Shown: piece after piece, positions 1-11,404 of the stretch
Numbering within the stretch: position 1 is the first letter of the stretch
How the letters are laid out: each line of letters starts with the position of its first letter
Source of the DNA: Chiloscyllium plagiosum
Lineage: Eukaryota
Assembly: GCF_004010195.1 (NCBI RefSeq)
Contig: NC_057719.1
Coordinates: 5,472,513-5,507,549, forward strand
Length of the DNA: 35,037 nt
Direction of reading: 5' to 3'
The notes under the pieces: model-generated
The model's database searches: none
Told to the model about the DNA's origin: nothing
Seen by the model: only the letters and a program-made list of their open reading frames with translations
Program-made: the position numbers and the translations under genes

Positions 1-688
1 GGTAGATAGGATAGTGAAGAAGGCGTTTGGTATGCTTTTGTTTATTGGTCAGAGTATTGAGTACAGGAGTTGGGAGGTCATATTGCGACTGTACAGGACA
101 TTGGTTAGGCCACTGTTGGAATATTGCGTGCAATTCTGGTCTCCTTTCTATCAGAAAGATGTTGTGAAACTTAAAAGGGTTCAGAAAAGATTTACAAGAA
201 TGTTGCCAGGTGAGGTGCCTGGAGGATTTGAGCTATAGGAGAGGTTGAACAGGCTGGGGTTATTTTCCCTGAAGCGTCGGAGGCTGAGGGGTGACCTTAT
301 AGAGGTTTACAAAATTATGAGGGGCATGGATAGGATAAATAGATAAAGTCTTTTCCCTGGGGTCGGGGAGTCCAGAACTAGAGGAAATAGGTTTAGTGTG
401 AGAGTGGAAGTTTAGGGTGGAGTGGAAAGATATAAAAGAGACCTAAGGGGCAACGTTTTCACGCAGAGGGTGGTAAGTGTATGGAATGAGCTGCCTGAGG
501 AAGTGGTGGAGGCTGGTTCAGTTGCAACATTTAAGAGGCATTTGGATGGATATTGGAGGGATTTGGAGGGATATGGGCTGGGTGCTGGTAGGTGGGACTA
601 GATTGGGTTGGGATATCTGGTCAGCATGGACGGGTTGGATCGAAGGGTCTGTTTCCATGCTGTACATCTCTATGATTCTATGACTCTA
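1..688 (+). mobile_element. CR1/HER1-type LINE, 3' end (ORF2 C-terminus, 3' UTR and tail)
   Basis: ORF 14..238 encodes [36 protein letters not shown], typical of the CR1 ORF2 C-terminus. It ends in a tctatgattctatgactcta tail and is closely similar to 5008-5660. Confidence 0.93.
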
Positions 689-699
689 ATTTATCATTA

Positions 700-1110
700 A
701 TCTTTGTAACATTATGCATTTTTTTCTTTCAGTTTGATGCTATCCTTAACTTCTCTGGCTAAGCATGGTTGGCTCATCTCCTTCTCAAGATTTTTTTTTC
801 TTCCTGACTGGAATATCTTTTTGCTGTGAAACATGAGCTATTTTCAAATCTCCCCATTGTTCCTTAACTGTCTTTACTGATAAAATCCTTCTCCAGCCAG
901 CTCTGCCCTCATTCCATTGTTATTACCTGCAATTAAACTTAGTGCAATTGCTCCTGACCCAAGATACAACCTCTCAAACTGAATGTTAAATTCTACCATT
1001 TTACGGTCACTGTTTCCTAGGGAATCTTGTACTCTGCATTCATTTATTAAACATGCCTCATTACATGTCACCAGATTGAAAATAGCCTGATCCCTTGTTG
1101 TATCCATAAT
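700..1110 (-). mobile_element. Old CR1 fragment (end of the APE endonuclease domain)
   Basis: ORF 874..1107 TRDQAIFNLVTCNE..LIN..V.DSLGNSDRKMVEF resembles the CR1 TR..AILDLV..N....LG.SDH..I.F motif. Confidence 0.7.
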
Positions 1111-1369
1111 AAACTATCCTGGGAAACATATGATATGGACTCATAATAAATGAAGGAGCATTGAGTAATTTATGGAACTAGATACCACAACAGCCTTTTT
1201 TAAAAAATAATACAATGCCTATATTGTTAAGACCAAAATGCAAAGGCCATCAAGGTTGCTAGGTATTGGCCAAGTAGTTGAACTTAGCTTGGTTCCCTGC
1301 TTATGTATCTAATCATAGCCAGAGAATTACTTGTAATGGCATCTCTTTTCACTTCTTTCAGTCACTTGT

Positions 1370-2410
1370 AAATTTACACAAGGATCCAGTCTTTATCCCT
1401 GTTTTTCTCAACTACATTCTACCTTTGACAATATAATCCAAAACCATTTCATGTTTCACCTGTATGGTTGTATAATTTTTTTTAGTTCATCTCACTTCAT
1501 TGTCACAAAGCTTATCTGACATACACTATTGGATAAGCAAAAAAATCCTTCGGCTAAATATTGGAAAGGCTAAAGCCATTGTCTTCGATTCCTGTCACAA
1601 ATTCCATTCCCAGTTTACCATTTCCAAATTTAGTTTCTGTCGTATTTGAACAAGGCTGTTCACAAATTTGGGGTTTTCTTTAAAGTTCAGTGGGTTTTTG
1701 ATCATCTACTTACACCGTAATGAACATTGCTCAACATGAGTTGACCTTCCCTCACCTTATGAGATGCTAAAATCCTCATTGATACCTTTTTGTCACAATT
1801 AGACTTGAGGCTTCCAATGCTGTCCTGGCTGGTCTTCTGTTTTCCACCCAATATAAGTGTCTGCGCATCTGCAACTCTGCTTTCAGTATTTTAACTTGCG
1901 TCGAATCTTAGTCACTCATCACCCCACTGCTTACCATTGTTCTCTGGCTCTCCATGTGACAAAATCTTAACTTAAAATCCTCATCCTTGTCTTCAAATCT
2001 CTCTGTAGCCTTGAACTAAAATAAAGAACTATGGATACTGAAAGTCTGATACAAAGCCAAAAATGCTGGAGAAACTCCGGTCTCGCAACATCTGTGGACA
2101 GAAAGCAGAGTTAACGTTTTGAGTTTAGTGGCCATTCTTTGGAACTGAGATACTCTACATTGCCTTGTCTCCTATCTGTGTAAGCTTCACCAGTCACAGA
2201 AGCCTTCACAATTCCTGCAGTCCAATTCTGATTTGCTACATATCCCTAATTTTAATCACACCACTTAGGTCGGTTGTGCCTTCAGTTGCTTTGGCTCAGA
2301 ACTCTGGAATTTCTTCACGAAACTTTCTCTATCTCCTCTTTTTAAGATGCTCCCCAAACCCACCTCTGATTAAGCTTTTTGTCATCTTTCCTGATTTCTG
2401 CCTTTATGGT
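1370..2410 (+). mobile_element. Degenerate L2-clade LINE 3' portion, interrupted at about 2018-2149
   Basis: Decayed L2 motifs: DI.YW.SKK.LRLNIGKAKAIVF (about 1518-1590), DAKILIDTF..RL.ASNAVLAGL (about 1764-1836) and HPT...LWL.....LKILILVFKSL (about 1918-2003). Confidence 0.7.
2018..2149 (-). mobile_element. Solo PLE terminal repeat, family C (degenerate hammerhead)
   Basis: aaagaact...tgctggagaaactc...atctgtggacagaaagcagagttaacgtttt...gaactga is similar to the copies at 13455, 16365 and 22410. Confidence 0.7.
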
Positions 2411-2599
2411 TTATAAGCATTTGCATGCATTCTATAAATTTAAATTGTTATGATTCATCATGAAGATATCTGCAAGTTAAGTCAGGAGGTCATGCTTGAG
2501 TGGTTCTAATGCTTTGTTTTAAAAGTGTTTAAATTCCAAGATGAAGAAAGGCTTAAAGTAGTTGAGACCCATGTTTCCTAATCACTTTCTCTCACCAGT

Positions 2600-2737
2600 G
2601 TGATGTTTTAATATTAATGCAGATATGTTGAATGGAGAGGAAGTGGGAACAGGGTATTGAGTTGGACATTCAGCCCTAATCATATCGAATGTCAGAGTAG
2701 GCTTGAATGGGCTATTCCTCTTCTATGTTTCTATGTA
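2600..2737 (+). mobile_element. CR1-type 3' tail fragment
   Basis: atatcgaatgtcagagtaggcttgaatgggctattcctcttctatgtttctatgt has the form of a CR1 3' tail. Confidence 0.5.
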
Positions 2738-2794
2738 TGCATCAAGAAGAAAATACTCCATGGAGCATTTACAGCTTTGAAGGAAAAGATGATA

Positions 2795-2843
2795 AAAATC
2801 ACACAACATGTCTAACAGGTTTATTTGGAGGCACTAGCTTTCA
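2795..2843 (-). mobile_element. Fragment of PLE terminal repeat, family B
   Basis: aaaatcacacaaca..aacaggtttatttggaggcactagctttc matches 3396-3455 and 22586-22643. Confidence 0.7.
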
Positions 2844-3172
2844 GTCAGAGAATTATCCAATTATAAATAGAGGCCAAGCGCAGATCTTGTGAAATTGACA
2901 AATACTGGTTTATTTCGCACTATATCATGGGGAAGAGAAATTGACAGGACTGGTCCAGAACAGACTGTGCTCAGTTAGGTAAAGGATTCTATTCCCCAAG
3001 CTGCAGATACAGACAGTTTTTATAGCGTTACAGTGGTGTAGTGTTAATTACAAGACAATATGAAGTAAATTACATTCAATGGAAAACAATTGGTTGTCCG
3101 GTAGTAGCAATCAGGTAATAATTGTTACAGGAGCTTCCATTCCACTGCTAGAGCAGGTGCTAATGTCCAGTA

Positions 3173-3265
3173 GTTTAGATCAGAGTAGTGCTGGAAAAGC
3201 ACAGCAGGTCAGGCAGCATCCGAGAAACATGAAAATCGATGTTTCGGGCAAAAGCCCTTCATCAG
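3173..3265 (-). mobile_element. Solo PLE terminal-repeat insertion, family A, with hammerhead core and 14-bp TSD
   Basis: The minus strand reads ctgatga-a-gggc-tttt-gccc-gaaa-catc. gctaatgtccagta occurs at 3159-3172 and 3265-3278. Confidence 0.85.
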
Positions 3266-3350
3266 CTAATGTCCAGTATCCTGGTTTCAATGGATCTGCA
3301 AGGTGGTGTGCATTCTTGTCAGGTATCTGGGTGCCACTCTGTCTATAGTA

Positions 3351-3550
3351 GTCATGATTTGGAGATGCCGGTGTTGGACTGGGGTGTACAAAGTTAAAAA
3401 TCATACAACAACAGGTTATAGTCCAACAGGTTTAATTGAAAGCACACTAGCTTTCGGAGCGACCTGATGAAGGAGCGTCTCTCCAAAAGCTAGTGTGCTT
3501 CCAATTAAACCTGTTGGACTATAACCTGGTGTTGTGTGATTTTTAACTTT
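3351..3550. mobile_element. Fold-back (inverted) PLE terminal-repeat element, family B
   Basis: Arms of about 65 bp at 3390-3454 and 3486-3550 are near-perfect reverse complements. The centre contains ctgatga-a-ggag..ctcc-aaaa-gcta-gtg. Confidence 0.85.
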
Positions 3551-3831
3551 TTCCACTCTCTAGGTAGGCTTTGTGGGGCTTTAGTACCTGAGACACTGGG
3601 GTTGCCCTCAGGGCTGCAGGAGCAGTGATGCTATTGTGAGGTAGGAGGCCTGTTATCAGATCATCTATTCTTTCAGTCTGGAAGCTGTTCAGGTAATGTC
3701 TTGTTTTGCTGTTTAGTTCCTGAGCTGGTTGTGGTCAAGTTGAGGTATTATGGATGTGCTGTGTTTTGTGAAGAACAGACATGGTTTCTGTGAACAAGTA
3801 GTGGGCAGGCAGAGTGTTTTTTTTTCTTCCA

Positions 3832-3999
3832 CACTTTCGAAGTGCTGCTTCTTCATCAGGTAGTTCATCACAACCACCCGATGAAGAAGCAGTGCTTCAA
3901 AAGCTAGTCCCGCCAAATAAACCTGTTGGACTATAACCTGGCGTTGTGAGATTTTTAACTTTGTCCACCCCAGTCCAAAACTGGCCCCTCCAAATCATG
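3832..3999 (+). mobile_element. PLE terminal repeat, family B, with a short inverted head
   Basis: Same sequence as 9280-9412, preceded by an inverted copy of the hammerhead region (3834-3865). Confidence 0.8.
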
Positions 4000-4717
4000 A
4001 AGGAGAAAAAGACAGTCCTGGGGACCACTGCTTGTAAAAATATGGCTTCAATACTAGGAAAGAGGATGAAAAATGATGGGAGAGAGAGTAAGGGTTTAGA
4101 AGTAAGAAGCAATGCCTCAATGGACAGGCTATTTTTATATATCTAATCCAGGAGCGCGTTGACTTCAGAAATGGGAGTCACTGTGAATGTGTATTTTGTG
4201 GCAATAAATTTATTGCGATGGCTGGTTAGATATATTTGGCACAAAAGAGGAAGCTAAAGCATTTTGGAATGCAGGTGCAGTGAAGAAGATTTGGTAGCGC
4301 CATCTAAGATTAGAGGGAGTGGCTAGGTCATGAATGTTAATGGACAAATAATCATCTAGGCTTGAACTGTGAATGATAAGAGATGGTCAGTGTTGGTAGA
4401 ACCTACTTGATATCTGAAAAAAAACTGCAGCTAGGATTAGCTGAACATATTTCATTGCAGTTTATTAAATGTCGGTTTGTCCTTGAGGAATTTAATCGAA
4501 GAATACACTCTCCCATTGACTAGTTTTGATAGTGTTATCTTCTGAATACTTATGCTGACTGAAAAGTAAGTAATTAATTTCTTGCCACAGCAGTCTTCAA
4601 ATTTGGGTTGATGTTAAATATTTCAGCAATTATTAAATAACCGCTCCTGTTGGCTTCTGTTTTAAATTGTATGGAGATGAGCTTGCAATAGGTACCACAT
4701 TGTTCCTTACTAGAAGT

Positions 4718-5660
4718 TTTCATCATTTATATAAATGATTTGAATGCGAGCATAAGAGATATAGTTAGTAAAGTTGCAGATGACACCAAAATTGGAGGTG
4801 TAGTGGACAGTGAAGAAGGTTACCTCAGATGGGCCAATGGGCTAAGAAGTGGCAGACGGTGTTTAATTTAGATAAATGTGAGGTGCTGCATTTTGGGAAA
4901 GCAAATCTTAGCAGGACTTATGCACTTAATGGTAAGGTCGTAGGGAGTGTCGCTGAACAAAGAGACCTTGGAGTGCAGGTTCATAGCTCCTTGAAATTAG
5001 AGTCTCAGGTAGATAGGATAGTGAAGAAGGCAATTGGTATGCTTTCCTTTATTGGTCTGAGTATTGAATACAGGAATTGGGAGGTCATGTTGAGGCTGTA
5101 CAGGACATTGGTTAGGCCACTGTTGGAATATTGCGTGCGATTCTGGTTTCCTTCCTATTGGAAAGATGTTGTGAAACTTGAAATGGTTCAGAAAAGATTT
5201 ACAAGGATGTTGCCAGAGTTGGAGGATTTGCGCTATAGGGAGAGCTTGAATAGGCTGGGGCTGTTTTCCATGGAGCATCGGAGGCTGAGGAGTGACCTTA
5301 GAGGTTTATAAAATCATGAGGGGCATAGATAGGATAAATAGACAAAGTCTTTTCCCTGGGGTTGGGGAGTCCAGAACTAGAGGGCATAGGTTTAGGGTGA
5401 GAGGGGAAAGATATAAAAGAGACCTAAGGGGCAACATTTTTATGCAGAGGGTGGTATGTGTATGGAATGAGTTGCCAGAGGAAGTGGTGGAGGCTGGTAC
5501 AATTGCAACATTTGAAAGGCATCTGGATGGGTATATGAATAGGAAGGGTTTGGAGGGATATGGGCTGGGTGCTGGCAGGTGGGACTAGATTGGTTGGCAT
5601 GGACGAGTTGGACCGAAGGGTCTGTTTCCGTGCTGTACGTCTCTATGATTCTATGACTCT
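4718..5660 (+). mobile_element. 5'-truncated CR1/HER1 LINE (RT C-terminal part to tail)
   Basis: Encodes YINDL..SKVADDTKIGG, then ORFs 4829..5311 and 5292..5588 with KCEVLHFG, DLGVQVH and LEYCVRFW, and ends in a ctatgattctatgactct tail. Confidence 0.95.
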
Positions 5661-6019
5661 TAAGTTGCTATTTTATGAAATAATTGCTAGGCACTGATGC
5701 TTATTTCAAGGTAGAGATTATAACTTCTATTGATAAGTTAAGTGCTATTTGAATGTATCTAGTCTCTGCTCAACTGAAATGCAAATTTTAGTAGCCATTG
5801 TGGAAGATGGCTGAAAGCAAGTATAAGTTACCGTGGTATGAAACTCTGGTTAGTAGAGCTTGGGGATTTGCGGGATGCTGATTTATGAATTCGTGAGGAT
5901 TGATGAAGTTAAGGAATATAAAAACATTGCTTTGGGACCAATGCAAGAGACGGTCATGTTCGTCTAATAGAACAAAATTGAATTAAGAATTTCTCGATGA
6001 GTTTACTGCAATTCATTTA

Positions 6020-6370
6020 CAGGATGAGGTGTCTCTACCAATTTCCATCCCTAATTGCCCTCGGATATGTGGTGGTGAATTATTTTCTTAAATAAATTCT
6101 TGTGATTTGCTAGGTCATTTCAGAGGTCGGTTAAGAATCTGCAGTAGCTTAAAAGCTCAGCAATGGGCGGATGGCAGTTTTGTTTCCTAAATGACATTAG
6201 TTGTCCAGAGGAGTTAATCCAGAGGTTTCAGTTAATGTTTATATTATGAACTTTGTTAATAGTCGATTTTAAATTTCCCAGTGGATTGAGATTTGAACAT
6301 GTGTCTGCAGTACATTAGTCCAGGCCTTTGGCTTGTTGCTGCAGAACGTAACCAATAGCATTTATACCTT
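6020..6370 (-). mobile_element. Degenerate SINE or CR1-tail-derived repeat
   Basis: ccatccctaattgccctcggatatgtggtggtgaa resembles the element end at about 28114-28150. The family is not determined. Confidence 0.4.
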
Positions 6371-7289
6371 TCACCCCAGCAGGTCTTTTTTTGTCAATCC
6401 CTTAGAAGTGTTTGCACTGGCTTTTTATTAGTGACAGTTTTCTAAAAAACAGTTTGTGACACATTTATCATGGTGATGACACATGATTGGTACTTTTGTT
6501 ATTGATATTTCAATTTGAATATTTATTGTACGGCAAAGAACCTGTTGATTGTACAATATCGAGTCATAGGAATACGATAAACTAGTTTTAGGTCTTGTGG
6601 TGCTCTGACTGTTTCCTACCTCTGGGACAGAAGGCCTGGGCTCATGTTCCACCTGCCCATCAGCTGTGTCTCAACATGTGTGAATATTTTAAAACTAGAC
6701 AGGTAATCATGGGTAAACCATGTAGTACTATGGTTCACTCTTTATAACTTCAGAGGAAGGCTGTATATATAACAGTGTGTTTCACTCGATTGTGTTTAAT
6801 TATATGCAGCTGGGGATGTCAGCTAGGGATTCACTTATGCTGCTTTAAATAGGAATAGATGGAATCTGTAGTTGTTGGATTTCAGAGGTGTTATGTTTTA
6901 ATGTATATCTGTATAAATAAATGCCTATGTATGTGGTTAGTTGTAATTCATCAACTGAATTTGCTGAATTTAGCACGATAGAAAAGGATGATTGCCTAAA
7001 CGTGAATATTAAAAATTAAGCCTTTCTTTTCAGCAGAAAAGCCAAATTCCAGTAGCTGTTGTGAAAGGTCACTGAAAGCATGTGTAAGTTACTATGGTAT
7101 GATTGCCTTGGGCAGTAAAGGTTAGGAATTTGACTGGTGCTGATTTATGAATTCACAAAGATTGATGAAGTTGAGGAAAATAAGAAAAGGTTTAGGTTTG
7201 ATAAAGATAACATATTTGAGGTGAGTAAAGAGTTCTGTTACTCTTCTTGGCAAGTGGAGGCAAGATGGCACTGAAGAGTGGCGACTTTT

Positions 7290-7528
7290 GTTCCAGTAGT
7301 GGTGGCGTGGTGAAGGGGACTCATGTCTGGCCACCAGGCCCATGGCCCATGATGGAGTACCTGACAAGAAGGACCGTAAATTTGAACGCCTTTTCTTTAT
7401 TTCTCTTTTTTTGCCTTTATGTTTGATGTTTTGGTTTATTTTTCTATGTTTTAAGATGGCCCTGGAGAATGGTGACACTCTCCAACACATTTCACTGTAT
7501 TTTAGTAACATGACAATAAATAAATAAA
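7290..7528 (+). mobile_element. 3' end of a non-LTR retroposon (…tttcactgta…tgacaataaa tail)
   Basis: taagatggc..catttcactgta..acatgacaataaataaataaa. The same tail occurs inverted at 14490-14572. Confidence 0.5.
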
Positions 7529-8381
7529 CTCCATGAAAAATAGCTGGAGAAATTGATTTTATAAGTGCTGGTATAGTATCTGGTGAGATACTTGTGCCGT
7601 TGAGTAAACCTTTTGTGAAAAATGCGTAAATGAAACTTGAACAAAAGCAAAGTACTGCAGATGTAGTTCAGGTTGAAACTTAGCTTGGAAGATAAGGCAA
7701 TATTTTTGGAAAGTTAATTTTTCTGCTATTTCCCCATCAAACTATTATGTATAAAGTAATAAAATCTGACATTTTTCATTAGTGCTGGACAGTATTAAAA
7801 GTACTAGGTAATAAATATCATTAGGAAAAAGGGCAAATTGTCTTGAAGTTAGCTCACCTGAAATCTGAAAGATGAAAAATCTAGCTACACGAAGCAGATG
7901 TAAGTTTGGTAGAGTATATGAGTTTTAATCAAAGAGAGTAGTGAGAATTGTGAGAACTGTAAAAAGTGAGGTCCATGAACTGACAGAATTGGGATGAAAT
8001 AGTGGAAAGTAAGAAAACACAGTGTAAATGCTAGTAGTGAGTTTGAAAGTGACTTGTGTCAGAAAGATTCCAAAAGGATTACAGATCAAGAACCCATTCA
8101 AGTCAACCTACAACACAGACTATGTAGAAAGACTTTGCCAACACACTTCTCGCAAACTCCTCAACCATTTCATGCACCAACTCCACTGCAGGCGCCACAA
8201 CCTTGAAATTAAGATGGAGTTCACATTCTTAGCCTGCATTCAGGACGCAGCAGTACAGTAACGGGACATTGCCAAACAGTCAAGGTGACAAAACTACACC
8301 ACGTACATGCACACCAGGAACAAGAAACTGGATAAACTTGGCATTACCAGCAACAGTAACCAAGCCCGCCCTGGCACCTCC

Positions 8382-8669
8382 GGCACTGCTGCCTCACAGC
8401 GCCAGAGATCCGGGTTCAATTCCCGCCTCAGGCGACTCACTGTGTGGAGTTTGCACATTCTCCCCGTATCTGTGTGGGTTTCCTCCGGGTGCTCCGGTTT
8501 CCTCCCACAGTCCAAAGATGTGCAGGTCAGGTGAATTGGCCATGCTAAATTGCCCGTAGTGTTAGGTAAGGGGTAAATGTAGGGGTATGGGTGGGTTGCG
8601 CTTCGGCGGGTCGGTGTGGTCTTGTTGGGCCGAAGGGCCTATTTCCACACTGTAATGTAATCTAATCTA
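8382..8669 (+). mobile_element. HE1-type V-SINE (tRNA-derived)
   Basis: B-box gggttcaattccc at 8412-8424, V-domain gtgtggagtttgcacattctcccc..gggtttcctccgggtgctccggtttcctcccaca, and a CR1-like tail gggccgaagggcct..(taatc)n. Confidence 0.92.
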
Positions 8670-8754
8670 CTCCAAAATGTTATCACTGCGGAGAAGTTGA
8701 TCGTCAACTTGTCAGACCACACGCTTCAATCAGAAGAGAAGTCAACTCCTACAG

Positions 8755-8903
8755 ACCCATACACTCATGCAGACCTCTCATACACAAGCTCTCTCTCATA
8801 CACTCACATATACACTCCCACACTCACCCTCTCACAGATGTATACCCCTTTACACTCACACGCACATGCACACACATAANNNNNCGCACACACACATATA
8901 TAT
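8755..8903. repeat. CA-rich/(CA)n simple repeat containing an assembly gap
   Basis: Imperfect cacaca runs, with Ns at 8880-8884. Confidence 0.85.
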
Positions 8904-9285
8904 AAGTTTGTGGGTGAATTTGTACTTGCAGGATTACATTTTATTTTGCTCAAAAACTGCATGAATCCGTGTAAGATTCTGTAAATCCCTTTTTTATATT
9001 AGAATCAGTCTGAACATTGGGGCACAGGCAGCCTCACATTGGCCACCTAACATCTTCAGTGCATTATCTGGGCTGACATGGCACCTATTGTTAAAGTTCA
9101 CTTGAGAATGCAACTTCAAAAAAGTTCTGAGATTTACATATGAAAGAACTGAAACCAACATGGTCATTCTAACAGATGAGAGACTTCACAAACAATCCAG
9201 GTCTTTTTCAATACATAATTTCAGTCATATCACACTGTAAACTTTTACTATAAATTCTGTGTCTTACGATTTTGTTCTCCACAAC

Positions 9286-9320
9286 CACCTGATGAAGGAG
9301 CAGTGCTCCGAAAGCTGGTG
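9286..9320 (+). ncRNA. Minimal hammerhead ribozyme motif (family B; G at the cleavage position, so probably inactive)
   Basis: cac-CTGATGA-a-ggagc-agt-gctcc-GAAA-gc-tg-gtg: stem I cac/gtg, stem II ggagc/gctcc. Sister copies have gcta at the cleavage site. Confidence 0.75.
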
Positions 9321-9455
9321 CTTCCAAATAAACCTGTTGCAGACTATAACCTGGTGTTGTGTGATTTTTTTAACTTTATACACCCAGTCCAACACCGACA
9401 CCTCCAAATCATGTGTCAGAAATAGTTATGTAGTCAAGAAAGAATTTCCAATAGT

Positions 9456-9753
9456 GCATGGAGGCTCAGTGGTTAGCACTGATGCCTCACAGCGCCAGGG
9501 ACCCAGATTCGATTCCTGCCTTGGGTAACTGACTATGTGAAGTTTGCACATTCTCTCTGTGTCTGCGTGGGTTTCCTCTGGGTGCTCCGGTTTCCTCCCA
9601 CAATCCAAAGATGTGCAGGTTAGGTGAATTGGTCATGCTAAATTGCCCATAGTTAGGGTGAATATGGGGAATGGGGCTGGGTGGGTTACTCTTCTAAGGG
9701 TCATTATGGGCTTGTTGGGCCGAAGGGCCTGATTCCATACTGTAGTGAATCTA
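9456..9753 (+). mobile_element. HE1-type V-SINE
   Basis: A-box-like ggctcagtggttagc, B-box-like agattcgattcc, V-domain and gggccgaagggcct tail. Confidence 0.92.
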
Positions 9754-9879
9754 TAAAAAATCTTTTAAAAAAAAAAGGAGATCTTGCAGTGGTGGTCTTG
9801 AGAGATATTAAAAATAGAAGTAAAGTCTGTAGTTTGAATACATTACACAATTAAATAAAGATTGCAAAACTGTCTCAAA

Positions 9880-10950
9880 ACAGAACTGGAAGTAGAAGTC
9901 CTCATGCTGCCTGTCAATAAAGTGGAGGATATACTAATGAGAGACAGAAGTTTTAACATAAGGAGACAGTTTGGAGTTTATTTGGAAGTGCCATCTAAGG
10001 ATTACCCAGCTTTGTCCCACAGGTGGATTTGTGCTGATGAGATTTATAAGGATAAAACAAGGCTACGGGTTTCAAAGAGCTGAGTGGGTGAGACAGGTGT
10101 TTGGGTGGATTCAACTACAGCTGGAGAAAAATAATCTTAAAATTGTTATTAGTTTGGCTACATTTTCAGGAGTGTAGGTCAGTTGACATAAAATCACATT
10201 TCTGCAGGTTGATACTTTTCTGAAACTTAAGGCAACAGATGCAGGAGAAAAACGATGGAAACTAAACAAATATGTTTATAGTTTGAATGATGCTTCCAGG
10301 ATGTGGTATTCTTCAGTGAGATACATTTTGCTGAAAATAGGTTGTCAACCAAATGTAGATCGGGTAAAATTTTATTTATATCATAGGCTACTTTCAGATC
10401 TCATCATAAATGCATTTTGATGATTCCTTATCGAGTGGCACGAAGGAATTTGAGAAACATGTCACTGATAAATTTAAAATTAGGAGTCAGGCTATGGGTC
10501 ATTACATACATTGGTTTATTGATTAATCAAATTAGATCTGAAGCAACTTTAATGAACAATTATAGAAAGTGTATTCGAGTTAATTGTACAAGGCATCACA
10601 GAATGCTATCTCAATGAGGGTGAGAATAACTATGAAACTTGATTGGACAACTATTCAGTTGATCCACCAGATTAGATTTGATTGTTAATTTTGATGAGTT
10701 GATATTAAGTATTATGAGGAGACATCAAAACAACCTGAAGTATTTTTACGGGCAAATCAAACATTTAATAAAATGGACAAATGTGTGTCACCAAAGAACA
10801 ATAAGTTATTGCGGAAAAAAAGACATTTTGTCAAAGTGTTTTATCATGCATTTTTCAGGAGAACTTGCAAGATTATCAATTCAAGACAAAGCCAGCATTA
10901 TACTGCATGCGAGGAGATGTTAATTGGTTGACAAATGGACTCTAATTGTG
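9880..10950 (+). mobile_element. Degenerate Ty1/Copia LTR retrotransposon, RT region
   Basis: FGVYLEVP...LSHRWIC...YKDKTRL (compare Copia KARLVARG), WKLNKYVYSLNDASRMWYSSV (compare Copia L.K.LYGL.Q..R.W), MHFDDSL at the YVDD position, and LIGQL. Many frameshifts. Confidence 0.75.
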
Positions 10951-11174
10951 CAGGGAGTGAATGATGCAAAGCTTCAACAAAAGGTCTCTCTTTTTCAGAA
11001 ATACTCAAGTTCTGGACTATCGATCCTAGCACAGTAAGTCAAGAGCAGCCTCTGATATATCAGTCCAGAGACTTGGACACAGTCAGTCACTCAATGATGT
11101 GGAGGTGTAGGTGTTGAACAAGTAAGAAGCTAAATGTCAGACAGCCCCCACCTGTCTTGACATTCTACCTTCTT

Positions 11175-11404
11175 ATGATTTGGAGGTGCTGGTGTTGGAC
11201 TGGGGTGGACAAAGTTAAAAATCACACAACACCAGGTTATATTCGAACAGGTTTATTTCAAATCACTAGCTTTTGAAGCTGCTTCTTCATTAGGTGATTA
11301 TGAAACAGAATCTGCTCCACAACCACCTGGTGAAGCAGCACTTTGAAAGCTAGTGATTCCAAATAAACCTGTCGGACTATAACCTGGTGTGTGTTTTTAA
11401 CTTT
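11175..11404. mobile_element. Fold-back PLE terminal-repeat element, family B
   Basis: Inverted arms from 11211 to 11404 with decayed hammerheads on both strands. Degenerate TSD taccttcttatg (11166-11177) / taccctattatg (11404-11415). Confidence 0.82.

Larger units (their letters stand above)
8050..9412 (+). mobile_element. Internally deleted Penelope-like element, family B (ORF N-terminus, 3' region, terminal repeat), with an HE1 SINE insertion
   Basis: KIPKGLQIKNPFKSTYNTDY (ORF 8028..8261) and IVNLSDHTLQSEE (8700-8738) resemble PLE ORF N-terminal motifs. No RT or GIY-YIG sequence follows. It ends in a family B terminal repeat with a hammerhead at 9286-9320. Confidence 0.7.

Noticed and set aside
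3351..3550. DNA-transposon MITE, CRISPR array or bacterial terminator reading of the palindromes
   Set aside because: The arms match the terminal repeat of PLE-type elements (9280-9412). There is no repeat-spacer periodicity, and the context is eukaryotic.
3000..3830. Possible decayed PLE RT on the minus strand (TGQPIV, HYLNSFQ)
   Set aside because: The motif similarity is too weak to call without a profile search.
8382..8430. tRNA genes at the SINE heads (also 9456, 18900 and 22900)
   Set aside because: They have A/B boxes only and run on into SINE bodies. No complete cloverleaf is evident.
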